IMG/VR virus record: IMGVR_UViG_3300042914_002334
Location: 64,001 to 128,000 of that record
Length of the DNA stretch: 64,000 nucleotides
From: a virus
Reading direction: 5' to 3' (one strand)
The translations under genes and the position numbers were made by a program. Numbering within the stretch: position 1 is the first letter of the stretch; the number at the start of each line of letters is the position of its first letter. Under the pieces are notes generated by a model. That model did no database searches, had not been told where the DNA came from, and worked only from the letters and a program-made list of their open reading frames with translations. This document shows positions 16,903 to 26,963 of this stretch, one piece after another.

Positions 16903-18909
16903 TTATGTTTTGTGTCCCATCCACTTTTTTAATTTCTTAAGTTGGATGTCGTATTCCTCAGAGTCATCTGGCTCTGAAGTTTGTTGGTTGGCCTGACTTA
17001 ATGGACTAAGGCTTCCGCCCCCAAAGTAATCTGGATTATCTGCCTCGTTTAGTCCTCCAAGAACTCGATTCAAAATTGCTTTAATCTTTTTTGGTGCCTT
17101 GGCCAATGGATACAAGTCGCTGATAATATCTGTTCTGATGTCATCGTCAGCCGATGTATACATATTTCGTATTTTGCTGGCGCTATCAATAACTTGTCCT
17201 GCAATCTCAAAATCGATTTTTGGAACAATATAAATGTATCCGTGTTTGCTCATTGATTGATCGGAGTCATCTGAATATTGCTGAAAGTAGGAAGGACTTC
17301 CATCCTTTTTTGGAGCAAAATTAAATCTATCGCTGTCCTTTTCACTGACTGCAAATACCAATATAGTATTTTCTGGATCGTAGTTACTTGTAATCTCGTT
17401 TGCCTTATATGGACTCTTTACTTGCACAAATCGGTCTTTTGGAACACCGCTTTGATTGGCAAGAAATTTTTTATCATCAAAACCAAATGGTCGTTCAGTT
17501 TTAGTGTCAGTGGCCGCCACGAACACTTCTCCACTTGGAAATTTATGTGCTAGATGATCAAATACACTTGCGTGTCCTAAGTGAAATGGATGAAATCCAC
17601 CTGGGTAAATGACTAAAACTTTCTTATCGTCAATATTTTCTTTAAGAGTCGGTTGCGCTGATTGTGGTCGTTGTTTGGCTAATCTTGCTTGTGCGTTTTG
17701 TCTGCTAAAACCAAGACGATCTACTATTTTTATTCCGCCACTTACGAATCCTTCTTGACTAGCAGTCATTTCACCATCAGACGTAGTAGATCGTAAATAG
17801 CCCTGTAATGGACTTTGTTGTGCCGCTTTTTCTAGCGATGGAATCAAACTCATTTTGTATCTATAAACTTTTATCCAATTATCCCATATTTTGCTAATAA
17901 TGCTGCGATTTTTTTCGTAGTAGTCAATTAAGGCTTCATATTTTCTACGTGATATTGGAAGCTTTGGTTTTGCCAATTCCGAATCCAATCTCAATTTGTA
18001 AGCAGTATCAAATCCAGAATCTAGTGTTTTTAGATCAAGTTTCCCAACATTGATTAATCCATTTACGTAAGTAGTAAATCTGTTGGCAAAATTAGTAGCA
18101 GATTCGGGCGCGCCTGTAATAAACTTTTTAATCGCTGAGTCATCCGATATAGTTGATTCTGCGACAGATTTTAGTTGTTGATTTACGTTTATAGTTGGAG
18201 TCACTGGCATACGAACAGGCAACAGTGCTACGTTTCCACGACGACGTAATTTTCCTAATCCTGATAGCCAAGTGATATTACTTTCTGTGGTTGCCGCATT
18301 TGGTGGCAAGTATCTATGTATAGCTATTCCAGCAATTTTATCACGTAAATATTCTCCAAGATCGCTATCAACCGGAACACGATACATTAGTCCTTCTGGG
18401 TTAGCTTGAAACTGATAAACCCGATTTGAATTTATATTTTGTACGGTCAGTGGCTTGCTAGGATAGAATATTAAGTCTCCCATATACCAACCAGTATTAC
18501 CACTATAAGAGGCTTCCAATGATTTCCAAAGTGATGCGACTGTTCTAGACAAATCTGTTCTTGCCTTTTCTCCACGAGCCGCTTCTCGTTGTGCGAATTC
18601 TTCTGGGCTATAAACGGCACGATTTTCGCGATTGGAGCTATTAAACATATGCTTGTCTAGTATAGCAAATCTTCCATCTGACCCACTACCGAATACTAGT
18701 GCTGGCCATCCATCTATTTTTATAGTTACCGCTTGTGGACGCTCTATAGTCGCATTTAGTCCAGCTATTGCTTGAGATAGCGGAGTATATACTTGACCTT
18801 TCCCAGCTTCTAGTCCGCCCCAGATCACCATGTCTTCTGGGTGATCCATATGTCCAGCGGCCTCTAATAGAAGCGTTTTATTTTCTAATATAAGTTCTCT
18901 GGACAACAT
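16903..18909 (-). CDS. Fusion: ligase-like nucleotidyltransferase domain (DUF6267-like) + HIGH-type cytidylyl/adenylyltransferase domain
   Basis: HMDHPED, TIKIDGWP (KxDG), EGFV, IKIVDR; then YPGGFHPFHLGH and SASKIR. Confidence 0.7.
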   Translation of the reverse strand: MLSRELILENKTLLLEAAGHMDHPEDMVIWGGLEAGKGQVYTPLSQAIAGLNATIERPQAVTIKIDGWPALVFGSGSDGRFAILDKHMFNSSNRENRAVYSPEEFAQREAARGEKARTDLSRTVASLWKSLEASYSGNTGWYMGDLIFYPSKPLTVQNINSNRVYQFQANPEGLMYRVPVDSDLGEYLRDKIAGIAIHRYLPPNAATTESNITWLSGLGKLRRRGNVALLPVRMPVTPTINVNQQLKSVAESTISDDSAIKKFITGAPESATNFANRFTTYVNGLINVGKLDLKTLDSGFDTAYKLRLDSELAKPKLPISRRKYEALIDYYEKNRSIISKIWDNWIKVYRYKMSLIPSLEKAAQQSPLQGYLRSTTSDGEMTASQEGFVSGGIKIVDRLGFSRQNAQARLAKQRPQSAQPTLKENIDDKKVLVIYPGGFHPFHLGHASVFDHLAHKFPSGEVFVAATDTKTERPFGFDDKKFLANQSGVPKDRFVQVKSPYKANEITSNYDPENTILVFAVSEKDSDRFNFAPKKDGSPSYFQQYSDDSDQSMSKHGYIYIVPKIDFEIAGQVIDSASKIRNMYTSADDDIRTDIISDLYPLAKAPKKIKAILNRVLGGLNEADNPDYFGGGSLSPLSQANQQTSEPDDSEEYDIQLKKLKKWMGHKT

Positions 18910-18910
18910 A

Positions 18911-20638
18911 TTATTTAATCCACTTTGCTACCTGTTCTCCAACAATCGTGTCTACCATTTTATCAATTGATTCTCTAAAAAGATCGATAGGGGGTAGTGT
19001 CGATGGCTCATCCGGTTCTAAATGCAACTTTCGAAATTCACGATTAGGTGCGCCACGAGTGTTTAATGGTTCTGGGTTTTTATCACCTTTAGATTTGTCC
19101 AAAAATGCTAAAGTGTTAAGAAGTCTATTTAATTCTAATATTGTGTGTTTAAGAATTATTTTAGAAAACGATCTGTCAGTAGTCAACTCATTTAAACTTT
19201 TAACGCTGTGATTCGACGATAATCGAACTAATAAATGCAACATAATCGCCTCGGTCGTGTCTGCCAACCGAGTATATTTTTTATCACTTTTTATTTTAAC
19301 TAAATCATTTTCCAAGAATCGTAGCACATTAGTGAACAGACGTATAATTGCATCTGCATGCTTATTTTCGTCTTCGTCCGTAGAATCAAGAAGAGAGTTT
19401 AGAGTTAGTACACTCTTGATGTATCGTTCTACAGAGGCTCTGGGAAGCCCAGTTGTGCTCCAAATTTCGTATGGATCAGCCATCTCATTTAACTGATATT
19501 TTTTGTTTTCTTTAAGTTCACTCATTTCTGGCTCTTTTTCAGTTTGAATTTTGCCTGCACCAAATCGTTTTAAGATATTGCGTGCTTTATACTCTGCATC
19601 TTGTTCTTGATCGGGAGTAAAACTAGGCTTAACGTATGGTTCATCTTTTTTTGTTTTCATAGACGAAATTATTGAGATTTTGTCGTTCAGCGCATCAAGT
19701 TTATTGGAAACTGTATCAAAATTTACAGTGGTCGAGTTGACGAAATCGGGAAATTCTTCGTCAGTTACACTCAGAATTTTTGGCAAATCTTTGTTTAAAA
19801 AGTTTTTAATCAAAGTGCTTGCTTGTTTACTTCTCTTACCAACCGCTTTGCGATATTTTTGTGTTCTGTCAGAAGATATTGCCTGTTTAACTTTATCTTC
19901 TATTTCTTTTCCTATTTCTTTTTCTCGTTGCTCTAACTCTTGTTGTTTCTTTTCTATCTGAGCAATTTTTCCACTCACATCTGCTTTTTGTGTTTCTATG
20001 TCTTTTTGCTGTGATGTTACTTTTGCAGCAACATCGCCGAGTTGTTTTAACTTTTCTTTTTCTAATGATTGTTCACCAGACATTGTTTTAATCTGACTTA
20101 CGAGATTAGTAAACTCTTGTGGGTTTATTTTTTCGATATTTTTCTTAGCGTATTCCAAATCTTGCTTTAATTGATTATATTGCTCATCGTTCATTCCTGG
20201 CTTATTTTTTAACTCTTCTACCTGAGCCAGTGCTTTTTCTACCTCTGTTGCATTTACTTTTCTTTGCTCAACGTCAGTTGATATTTTTCCACTTAGAGTT
20301 TTTAATCTGTTTATTTCAGCGTCAGATTGCTCTCCTGATTGAGCAACCGTTTCTAACTCTTGCTGCATTTTTGTTAGATTAGAGGTTAGTTTCGCGTTTT
20401 CTCTTCGCTGAGCGTTTATAACGGCGTTTTGCTCTAAATCTCTCGTGTCAAACTGCTTTAACTTATCGTCCAGATATAATCCAAGAGCCTGATCTTTTGT
20501 TAGTTCTGGATATGATCTTGTGGCCTGATAAACGATATCACGATCACGAGAAATAGACTTTTCTATTCCAGTTTTTGGATTTACAGCAGCCTCGTATATG
20601 TCATTTGCCCAACTTTCAAAATCTCTAAGTTGTTTCAT
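18911..20638 (-). CDS. Long coiled-coil protein, putative internal head protein
   Basis: K/E/Q-rich heptads; several L/I-x-E sites. Confidence 0.55.
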   Translation of the reverse strand: MKQLRDFESWANDIYEAAVNPKTGIEKSISRDRDIVYQATRSYPELTKDQALGLYLDDKLKQFDTRDLEQNAVINAQRRENAKLTSNLTKMQQELETVAQSGEQSDAEINRLKTLSGKISTDVEQRKVNATEVEKALAQVEELKNKPGMNDEQYNQLKQDLEYAKKNIEKINPQEFTNLVSQIKTMSGEQSLEKEKLKQLGDVAAKVTSQQKDIETQKADVSGKIAQIEKKQQELEQREKEIGKEIEDKVKQAISSDRTQKYRKAVGKRSKQASTLIKNFLNKDLPKILSVTDEEFPDFVNSTTVNFDTVSNKLDALNDKISIISSMKTKKDEPYVKPSFTPDQEQDAEYKARNILKRFGAGKIQTEKEPEMSELKENKKYQLNEMADPYEIWSTTGLPRASVERYIKSVLTLNSLLDSTDEDENKHADAIIRLFTNVLRFLENDLVKIKSDKKYTRLADTTEAIMLHLLVRLSSNHSVKSLNELTTDRSFSKIILKHTILELNRLLNTLAFLDKSKGDKNPEPLNTRGAPNREFRKLHLEPDEPSTLPPIDLFRESIDKMVDTIVGEQVAKWIK

Positions 20639-20639
20639 T

Positions 20640-22064
20640 TTACGCTCCGAATTTTAACCCGCTCAATTTTCTAATTCTTGCCAATTCGTCTTCTTTCAAA
20701 TCTAAAGGAGGAGCAATTCCCATCTTAGAAGATGCTGGTTCCTGACCAGATTTTGAGCCCATTGATTGCGACTTCTGTGGTGATTGTTTCATTGGACTTG
20801 GCTCTGGGACAGGATTAGATGGCTCAGGCTCATTTTTCACTTCATCTTCTGGCTCAGAGAAATTTTCCTTTTCTTGCAATCTGTCAAGCACATTCTTGAA
20901 TTCCGAACGATCATGATGCTCTTCAATCCATCCGATAATAATAGGCTTAGAATCCAAATCTGGGTTTCCAGAAGCCTTTCTTAATCTATCAAACAACTCA
21001 TCGTCATCAATATATTGTTTGATTTGTTCTATTGAATTAATTCCATCTGGTCCCACTGGCAATTCTTCACTCGAAGATAAAAGTTCCACTAATTCTTCTA
21101 CTTGTGCATCATTTGACAAATCTTCTTCTAATGATGCGTCTTCTGTAATTGCAGTTGGCTTAAGACGACTAAGAACGGAGAACGCTGATTCTATTCTTGG
21201 GTCCAACTTTTGTTGAGTAAACATCTCAGTGAAATTAGTTATCTCATTCGACTCTTCCATTAGAGTTGGAGTCCAATTTTCAAAATAATTTCTGAATCCG
21301 CGACTGCTGCGAAGTTTTTTCATTGTTTCTCTCAGTCGAATGTATTCACTTGCCGCTTCGTGAATCATCATATTCACGCTTTCATTGAATTGTCCGTTGC
21401 GGGTTGCTCTAATAAATCCGCCTAATTTTTTAATGTCTTCACACATTTGCGCGATGTGTTTACCACGCTCGTCGTATGGGTTGCCACCTTCTGCGATCAA
21501 TCTTGCAAAAGCATATCCTTCACTTGGTTTCTTAGTTGGTAAAACAAATCTTTCACCAAACTGATTTTCAACAAATATTTGATCCACATGTCTAAATCGT
21601 TGATCGGTTTCTTCCATTTGTTTATTGTGTTTAATAACCATCTTTACTGATTCGGGGGTAGAGTCGCTATAACTTTTTGTTTTTGTTCCAAAGTATCCTT
21701 CATTGATACCCTTTCTATACTCTCTTCTCTCCATCCAGTCATTAAAATTATCAAGTGCGTCTAACTTGAACGATAGTGCCTTTCTGGTTGCCCAATTACT
21801 CATGTCTTCAACAAAATCTGTCCATTGAGGAGTGACCTCTTTGATAGCGTTCTTGCTAAAGAATATAATCAATTCTTTGACATCATTGATTGCCGCAATA
21901 AAGGTTCCGTGTTTTACTTTTTTAGTCTTGAATGTGAATTTAAAAGCAGTAGCGTTTTCTGCATTCACTGAAGATTTCAAGTCTTTGATTCCAATTGGAT
22001 CAAAGTTCTTTATTTGTAGCTCATTTTTGAGTTCAACGTTTAGTGAGTCAATCGTCTTAGGCAT
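20640..22064 (-). CDS. Hypothetical, putative internal head protein
   Basis: TAAATA upstream; INE, FNE, LME, LKE sites; C-terminal DELARIRKLSGL. Confidence 0.55.
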   Translation of the reverse strand: MPKTIDSLNVELKNELQIKNFDPIGIKDLKSSVNAENATAFKFTFKTKKVKHGTFIAAINDVKELIIFFSKNAIKEVTPQWTDFVEDMSNWATRKALSFKLDALDNFNDWMERREYRKGINEGYFGTKTKSYSDSTPESVKMVIKHNKQMEETDQRFRHVDQIFVENQFGERFVLPTKKPSEGYAFARLIAEGGNPYDERGKHIAQMCEDIKKLGGFIRATRNGQFNESVNMMIHEAASEYIRLRETMKKLRSSRGFRNYFENWTPTLMEESNEITNFTEMFTQQKLDPRIESAFSVLSRLKPTAITEDASLEEDLSNDAQVEELVELLSSSEELPVGPDGINSIEQIKQYIDDDELFDRLRKASGNPDLDSKPIIIGWIEEHHDRSEFKNVLDRLQEKENFSEPEDEVKNEPEPSNPVPEPSPMKQSPQKSQSMGSKSGQEPASSKMGIAPPLDLKEDELARIRKLSGLKFGA

Positions 22065-22114
22065 TTTTTAGTCCGTTTATATTATATTTATCTATGTTTG
22101 TTTAGCAAACACGA

Positions 22115-22843
22115 TTACGATGGTCCCATACGACCATCAAACAACGCTCTGACATCGCCTACGGTAAAATATCCGCGCTTTTTGATTTCTGGGCGTTCTC
22201 TAAAAACAGGATTTTGATCCCAAACACTACCGCGATTTAACTTATCAGCAGAAATGCTCTTAAACAACGGAATATTATATTGATTTTTTGCTCCAAGAAC
22301 GAAACTGTCTGGTTTGTTATGAGTTATCACCGCTGGCATAAATGTTGACAGATAGATGTCGCTTGCTTTTGATCCAGGTGGTAGTTTTTTAACTTTGTAG
22401 TATTTTAAAACCCAATCGAGTTGTTCAACCGCAGACATTTTTCTTAATGCTTCTGTTGTTGTTCCAAGATATTGAGCCGTTTTTGGCATAAACTGAATCA
22501 GTCCAGTTGCGCCAATTGCGTTTGTTTTACTTGGATCAAAAGTTCCTTTTGTTTCAAACCATATTACTTTAAACAAGTCTTGCGGATTTACTTGTAATGC
22601 GTTAGCGACTTGCTTTAATTTTGCTTGAAATTTTTCACTACGAGCATGTTCTTGCTCTGGATAATTTTTTTGAAGTCGTTCTACTTCTTGCGCGGTGCTG
22701 TATTTCGAGGGGTCTGATTGTTGATTTTGATAATGTTTATATGCAAGACCACCTATGCCCATACCAGCAGCAATTGCCGCGGCAGTAGCATTTTGTTTCC
22801 ATCCTTCATCTACTTTAGATTCTACTATTTCTTTAACATGCAT
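22115..22843 (-). CDS. Lytic transglycosylase (SLT/lysozyme-like) with processed hydrophobic N-terminus
   Basis: WFETKGTFDP..NAIGATGLIQFMPKTA catalytic pattern; N-terminus MHVKEIVES..VDEG..AAAIAAGMGIGGLAY. Confidence 0.8.
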   Translation of the reverse strand: MHVKEIVESKVDEGWKQNATAAAIAAGMGIGGLAYKHYQNQQSDPSKYSTAQEVERLQKNYPEQEHARSEKFQAKLKQVANALQVNPQDLFKVIWFETKGTFDPSKTNAIGATGLIQFMPKTAQYLGTTTEALRKMSAVEQLDWVLKYYKVKKLPPGSKASDIYLSTFMPAVITHNKPDSFVLGAKNQYNIPLFKSISADKLNRGSVWDQNPVFRERPEIKKRGYFTVGDVRALFDGRMGPS

Positions 22844-22850
22844 CTATTAT

Positions 22851-24410
22851 TTATGATATAACCATAATAAACGGCATCGGTTCAATCTCTTCGCTATGAT
22901 CTCTAATATGTGCATCAAGATCAACATTATAATTTTGCAAATGTTGCAGCATTCTAACTATTAGAACCAGTGCCATTACAAGATCGTCTGTTTCTCCAAG
23001 TTTGGCGGCATAACTACCCCCACTACTAACAAATGTTTTTAACTCACTTATCAATGGTTTACTTGATACTTTTAATTTTTTGCTTTCTATTAGATTTTTT
23101 AATTTGCTACAGGCACTTAGTTTAGATTTGTTTGTGGTATTAAAACCTCTACGATATCGTCTTGCTGATCCAACATTTTTTGGTTCGCTCAACATAGTCC
23201 CTGGTATGTTTTCTTCTCCATACTCGGCTAATGATATGAGTGCTGCTTCTCCAATAGTATTGTTTTCTAAACTATAATATAAATCATTTGGTTGTTTTGT
23301 ATGCTCAACGATTTCTTTATTGATCGTCGCAAGCAGTTTAATTTGTTCTGGAATAGGCGTTCTATTGTGGGTCCACTCAGCAACTTGCTCAGTGGTATCT
23401 GCTTCAAACACTTGTATGGCTGCTGGATCGCCTCCTGTTCCCAAACTCGGGTCTAATGATACTACATATATGTGATTTTTGGACGGCTTCTTAAACCAAC
23501 GAACTTGTCCCGTTTTATAAATTGGTTCTTTAGATTCTAAATTAGATAAGACTATACTATCTATTAAAGTTTCCTCGTCTATCAAGAATTCACAATTGTG
23601 TTCTCGACGAAATCGTTCATCGCCTATCTTACTGCGTTCTTCTTCTGCCCACTTTTCATCACGATCTGGGTGCTGATTCCATAATGCCATATATGGACTG
23701 AATCCATTTTTGCCTAAATTAGTTGGATTACCGTACGCGTCAACTTTTTTGTTGGCTTCTTTCCATATCTGAGCAAATTGATCCTCGTCGCTATTTGGGG
23801 TGCTGGTAATAATACACTTACCGCCTGTTGCTAACGTAGGAGATATAGAAGTCCAGAATTCTTTTGCAATAGTTGGTCTTACGAATGCGAACTCGTCAAG
23901 ATACAGCAGTGACAATGACATGCCTCGTCCAGTTTTTTCGGTAGTGGCACGAGCAACAATACGACTTTTGTTCTCAAAGTCGATATTTCCCTGATTGTAA
24001 CTTTCTACGCCTGGCTTTAACCACATCGGGCACATTTCATATCCGTATCTAATACGCTGCATGATTTCTTGAGCACCGCTATATTGGTGTGCTGCTATCA
24101 ATATGGTCTTGTCATAGTTAAACATAGCAAACCACAACAAGTATCCTGCGGCGCTGGTGGTTTTTCCTAACTGACGCCCGAGTAACGATACAGAGAATCG
24201 ATTTTCGTGATAATTTTTAATTAGATCGACTTGATAATCATACGGATCGTATAATACTTGTCCCCGGGTTGGGTGTTGAATGTAGAAGTAATTTCTCATC
24301 CAATATTCGTATCCAGTAACTGGATCCGCACATTTCAGAACTTCTACTATTTGATCTGGCGTAAGACTTATTACTGCGCCTTTAGAACGAATAAAATTAT
24401 TATCGCTCAT
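22851..24410 (-). CDS. gp17: Terminase large subunit (start revised to ATG 24410)
   Basis: YDYQ, GRQLGKTT, LYLDEFAF, ITSTPN, LDPSLG, TDDLVMA. Confidence 0.95.
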   Translation of the reverse strand: MSDNNFIRSKGAVISLTPDQIVEVLKCADPVTGYEYWMRNYFYIQHPTRGQVLYDPYDYQVDLIKNYHENRFSVSLLGRQLGKTTSAAGYLLWFAMFNYDKTILIAAHQYSGAQEIMQRIRYGYEMCPMWLKPGVESYNQGNIDFENKSRIVARATTEKTGRGMSLSLLYLDEFAFVRPTIAKEFWTSISPTLATGGKCIITSTPNSDEDQFAQIWKEANKKVDAYGNPTNLGKNGFSPYMALWNQHPDRDEKWAEEERSKIGDERFRREHNCEFLIDEETLIDSIVLSNLESKEPIYKTGQVRWFKKPSKNHIYVVSLDPSLGTGGDPAAIQVFEADTTEQVAEWTHNRTPIPEQIKLLATINKEIVEHTKQPNDLYYSLENNTIGEAALISLAEYGEENIPGTMLSEPKNVGSARRYRRGFNTTNKSKLSACSKLKNLIESKKLKVSSKPLISELKTFVSSGGSYAAKLGETDDLVMALVLIVRMLQHLQNYNVDLDAHIRDHSEEIEPMPFIMVIS

Positions 24411-24604
24411 ATTGGCTTTTCCCCAGTAAGATATGGCTTTGAAAACCACAAACGAAACCATTCATCAGTTCCGGGTCTGATGTTATTCTCTCTCATTAGT
24501 CGTGCCTTTTCTGCGGCAGTAATACTGATGTTGCTACCTTCAGTGGGATTGCTATGTTTAGTTGTTATTCCAGCAATTACGCGCCATCTGTCTAATTCAT
24601 CCAT
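24407..24604 (-). CDS. Small hypothetical protein upstream of terminase
   Basis: MDELDRWRVIAGI...IRPGTDEWFRLWF; TAAATA 4 nt upstream; ATGA overlap with terminase. Confidence 0.6.
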   Translation of the reverse strand: MDELDRWRVIAGITTKHSNPTEGSNISITAAEKARLMRENNIRPGTDEWFRLWFSKPYLTGEKPI

Positions 24605-24634
24605 ATTGTATTTATTGACAATATAACAAATTAC

Positions 24635-25015
24635 TTAAAAACCCTTAAATGGTTTTACTGGACTGACATTTTTGACATGCTTTGGCTCTACACTTTTCTT
24701 ACTACTTGTTTCTATTTTCTTAGTAAGACCCATTGTCTTCATTGCCGCGTCTATGTATCCTTCTAATTCTATGCCGTATCCAATTACAATTTCATTTTCG
24801 CCCCATTGTGATTCAGCAGAAATAGAAGAAACTCCATCTTTCTTTCTTTGCTCTTCTCCACGATGACCGGCGACTAACACTCCAAATCTGTATTGACGAT
24901 ATGCATCTTGATTTTTTAATTCTGGAATTGCATACGAATGAGGAAGCGTATCGTAAATATCTGGGTGCGCTTTCTGCTCGTGCTTAGATTCATTGATAAA
25001 TTCTCTGGCTCTCAT
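24635..25015 (-). CDS. Hypothetical, putative head cargo (MRAREFINES leader)
   Basis: N-terminal F-I-N-E motif shared with other late genes. Confidence 0.6.
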   Translation of the reverse strand: MRAREFINESKHEQKAHPDIYDTLPHSYAIPELKNQDAYRQYRFGVLVAGHRGEEQRKKDGVSSISAESQWGENEIVIGYGIELEGYIDAAMKTMGLTKKIETSSKKSVEPKHVKNVSPVKPFKGF

Positions 25016-25022
25016 AAGAATC

Positions 25023-25277
25023 TTAGTTTAGGTCTTGCCATATTTGATCAATCCCATTAAATCCACGAAATTTTCCAGTAAGTGGGTTGTAATATATTCG
25101 ACCTGGCTCAGGATTTACCGGATCAACATCTGATTGCGGTACGATGAAACTTGGCGGTGCTTCACTTAGTGTGTATAACTCAGTAAAATTGCTGTTGATT
25201 TTTTGAAACGCCACTCTGAGAGGATCGCCCTGTCTGTCGTTTGCCTGAGTCCCAACATTGATATTTTGCTGTGCCAT
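25023..25277 (-). CDS. Small structural protein with T4 gp9/gp10-type N-terminal motif
   Basis: INVGTQANDRQGDPLRVAFQKINSNFTELY. Confidence 0.65.
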   Translation of the reverse strand: MAQQNINVGTQANDRQGDPLRVAFQKINSNFTELYTLSEAPPSFIVPQSDVDPVNPEPGRIYYNPLTGKFRGFNGIDQIWQDLN

Positions 25278-25310
25278 AAATTATCCAATACATACTATTT
25301 ATCACGTACA

Positions 25311-25385
25311 TAAAAAATAGGTTATCATATTTCTACGATAACCTATTAGTCTTCCCATCCCGATTGTGAAGTATAAGTATTTATA
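25311..25385 (-). ncRNA. Putative late small RNA of about 60 nt (promoter to terminator unit)
   Basis: TATAAATA at 25378-85, then CACAATCGGGATGGGAAGAC, then a 13-bp GAAA-loop hairpin plus a T-run; no ORF. Confidence 0.45.
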
Positions 25386-25460
25386 CTTTTTGACCAAAAT
25401 AGTTGATTTAACATCACGCATTGTGTATCCTGATATATATTATAGAAAGCGAATACGTCC

Positions 25461-26918
25461 ATGCGTGATCAAATACTTGAAATTATTAATACTCATCCAA
25501 AACACTATAGTTTATTGATTAAGAAAAACACAGCGTTACACAATTGGATAAAAGATAACTCGCAGATTGAGTGCGATCATTTTCCAACTATGATTTACAG
25601 TGCTGTATACGGAGTTAATCCAATATGTAGTAATAATAATCTAAAAAAGCTAACAAGATGGTCAACAGGGCTTGTTAACTGCGGAGCGGCAAATGTCTGT
25701 GCGTGTACTAAATCTGATATCTCTAAAAATGTAAGCGCAACTAAACAAAATTACAGTGAGCATCGCAAAACAGAAATAGAAGACAAAAGAAAAAGCACAA
25801 TGCTTCTCAATTACGGGGTTGAATATAACAGTCAGCGTGAATCGGTAAAGACAATATTAAAAACATCAAAATTAAAAGAACATCAATTTAACACGTTGAT
25901 TGACCGTGATTGGTTAGAGCGTGAGTATGTAGTAAATAAACGTACTGCCGTTGATATTTCTAATGAAATAGGCTGTCACGATAGTGCGGTTAGACGATAT
26001 GTAGCTCTACACGGATTTGATATTAGAAAATATAGTCAACGAAGTACATATGAATCAATGATTTGCCGTTGGCTAGACAATAACAATATACAGTATGAGA
26101 TTTGTAATAGAACTATTCTGAATGGAGCAGAAATAGACATTTACATACCAGCACACAAGTTAGCTATTGAAGTTAACGGTCTTTTATATCACAGCTATAA
26201 TCCAAATTCGTTTCATATTCTAAGACAAAAAAATAAAAAGGAAGAGCGAACAAGACACCTTAATAAAACTTTGTTAGCAAATGAAAAATCTGTTCATCTA
26301 TTACATCTAAATGATAATCAAATAAAAAATAAATGGGATGTTGTAACCAACATACTATCAAGTAAATTAAAACTACAGAATAAAATATGGGCCAGACAAT
26401 GCGAAATTGTAGAAGTTAATTCTGCTGAGCAACGAGAATTTTTTAATCGTGTTCATATTCAAGGATGGGTAGCATCAAAAAAAGCATACGGGTTATATTA
26501 TAACAGCAGATTAGTTCAATGTATTAGCGTTGGAAATAATCGGTATCGTTCCAATGAGTTAGAGATTTTAAGATTCGCCAGTGAAATGAATACTACTGTA
26601 GTTGGCGGATTGAGTAGATTACTAAAACATATTCAATCAATATTCTCAGATATCACTATAACAACTTACTGTGATAGAGATATCAGTAACGGTAACGGGT
26701 ATATCAGTGCTGGATTTAAAATTATTGAGTATACTAAACCTGGATATTTTTGGACTGATGGCACAGATATTATTAGTAGATACAAAACGCAAAAAACTCA
26801 ATTAAGTAAATGGTTGTCGCAATACAACTCTAATGAGAGTGAAAGTGTAAATATGTTTCGTGCTGGGTATCTGAGATATTGGAATACTGGTAATGTAGTA
26901 TTACGCTATGAGAAATAA
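25461..26918 (+). mobile_element. Hef-like free-standing homing endonuclease (PD-(D/E)xK/Vsr-like + GNAT-like C-terminus)
   Basis: NYGVEYNSQ, EIDIYIP..KLAIEVNGLLYHS, ARQCEI..FFNRVHIQG, ILRFAS..VVGGLSRLL; opposite strand to its neighbours, directly behind gp23. Confidence 0.8.
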
Positions 26919-26944
26919 AAAGGGAACCGAAGTTCCCTTTTTTG
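26917..26944. terminator. Bidirectional terminator between gp23 and the endonuclease
   Basis: AAAAGGGAAC-CGAA-GTTCCCTTTTTT (UUCG loop on the minus strand). Confidence 0.85.
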
Positions 26945-26963
26945 TTTGAACATAATTCCAATA

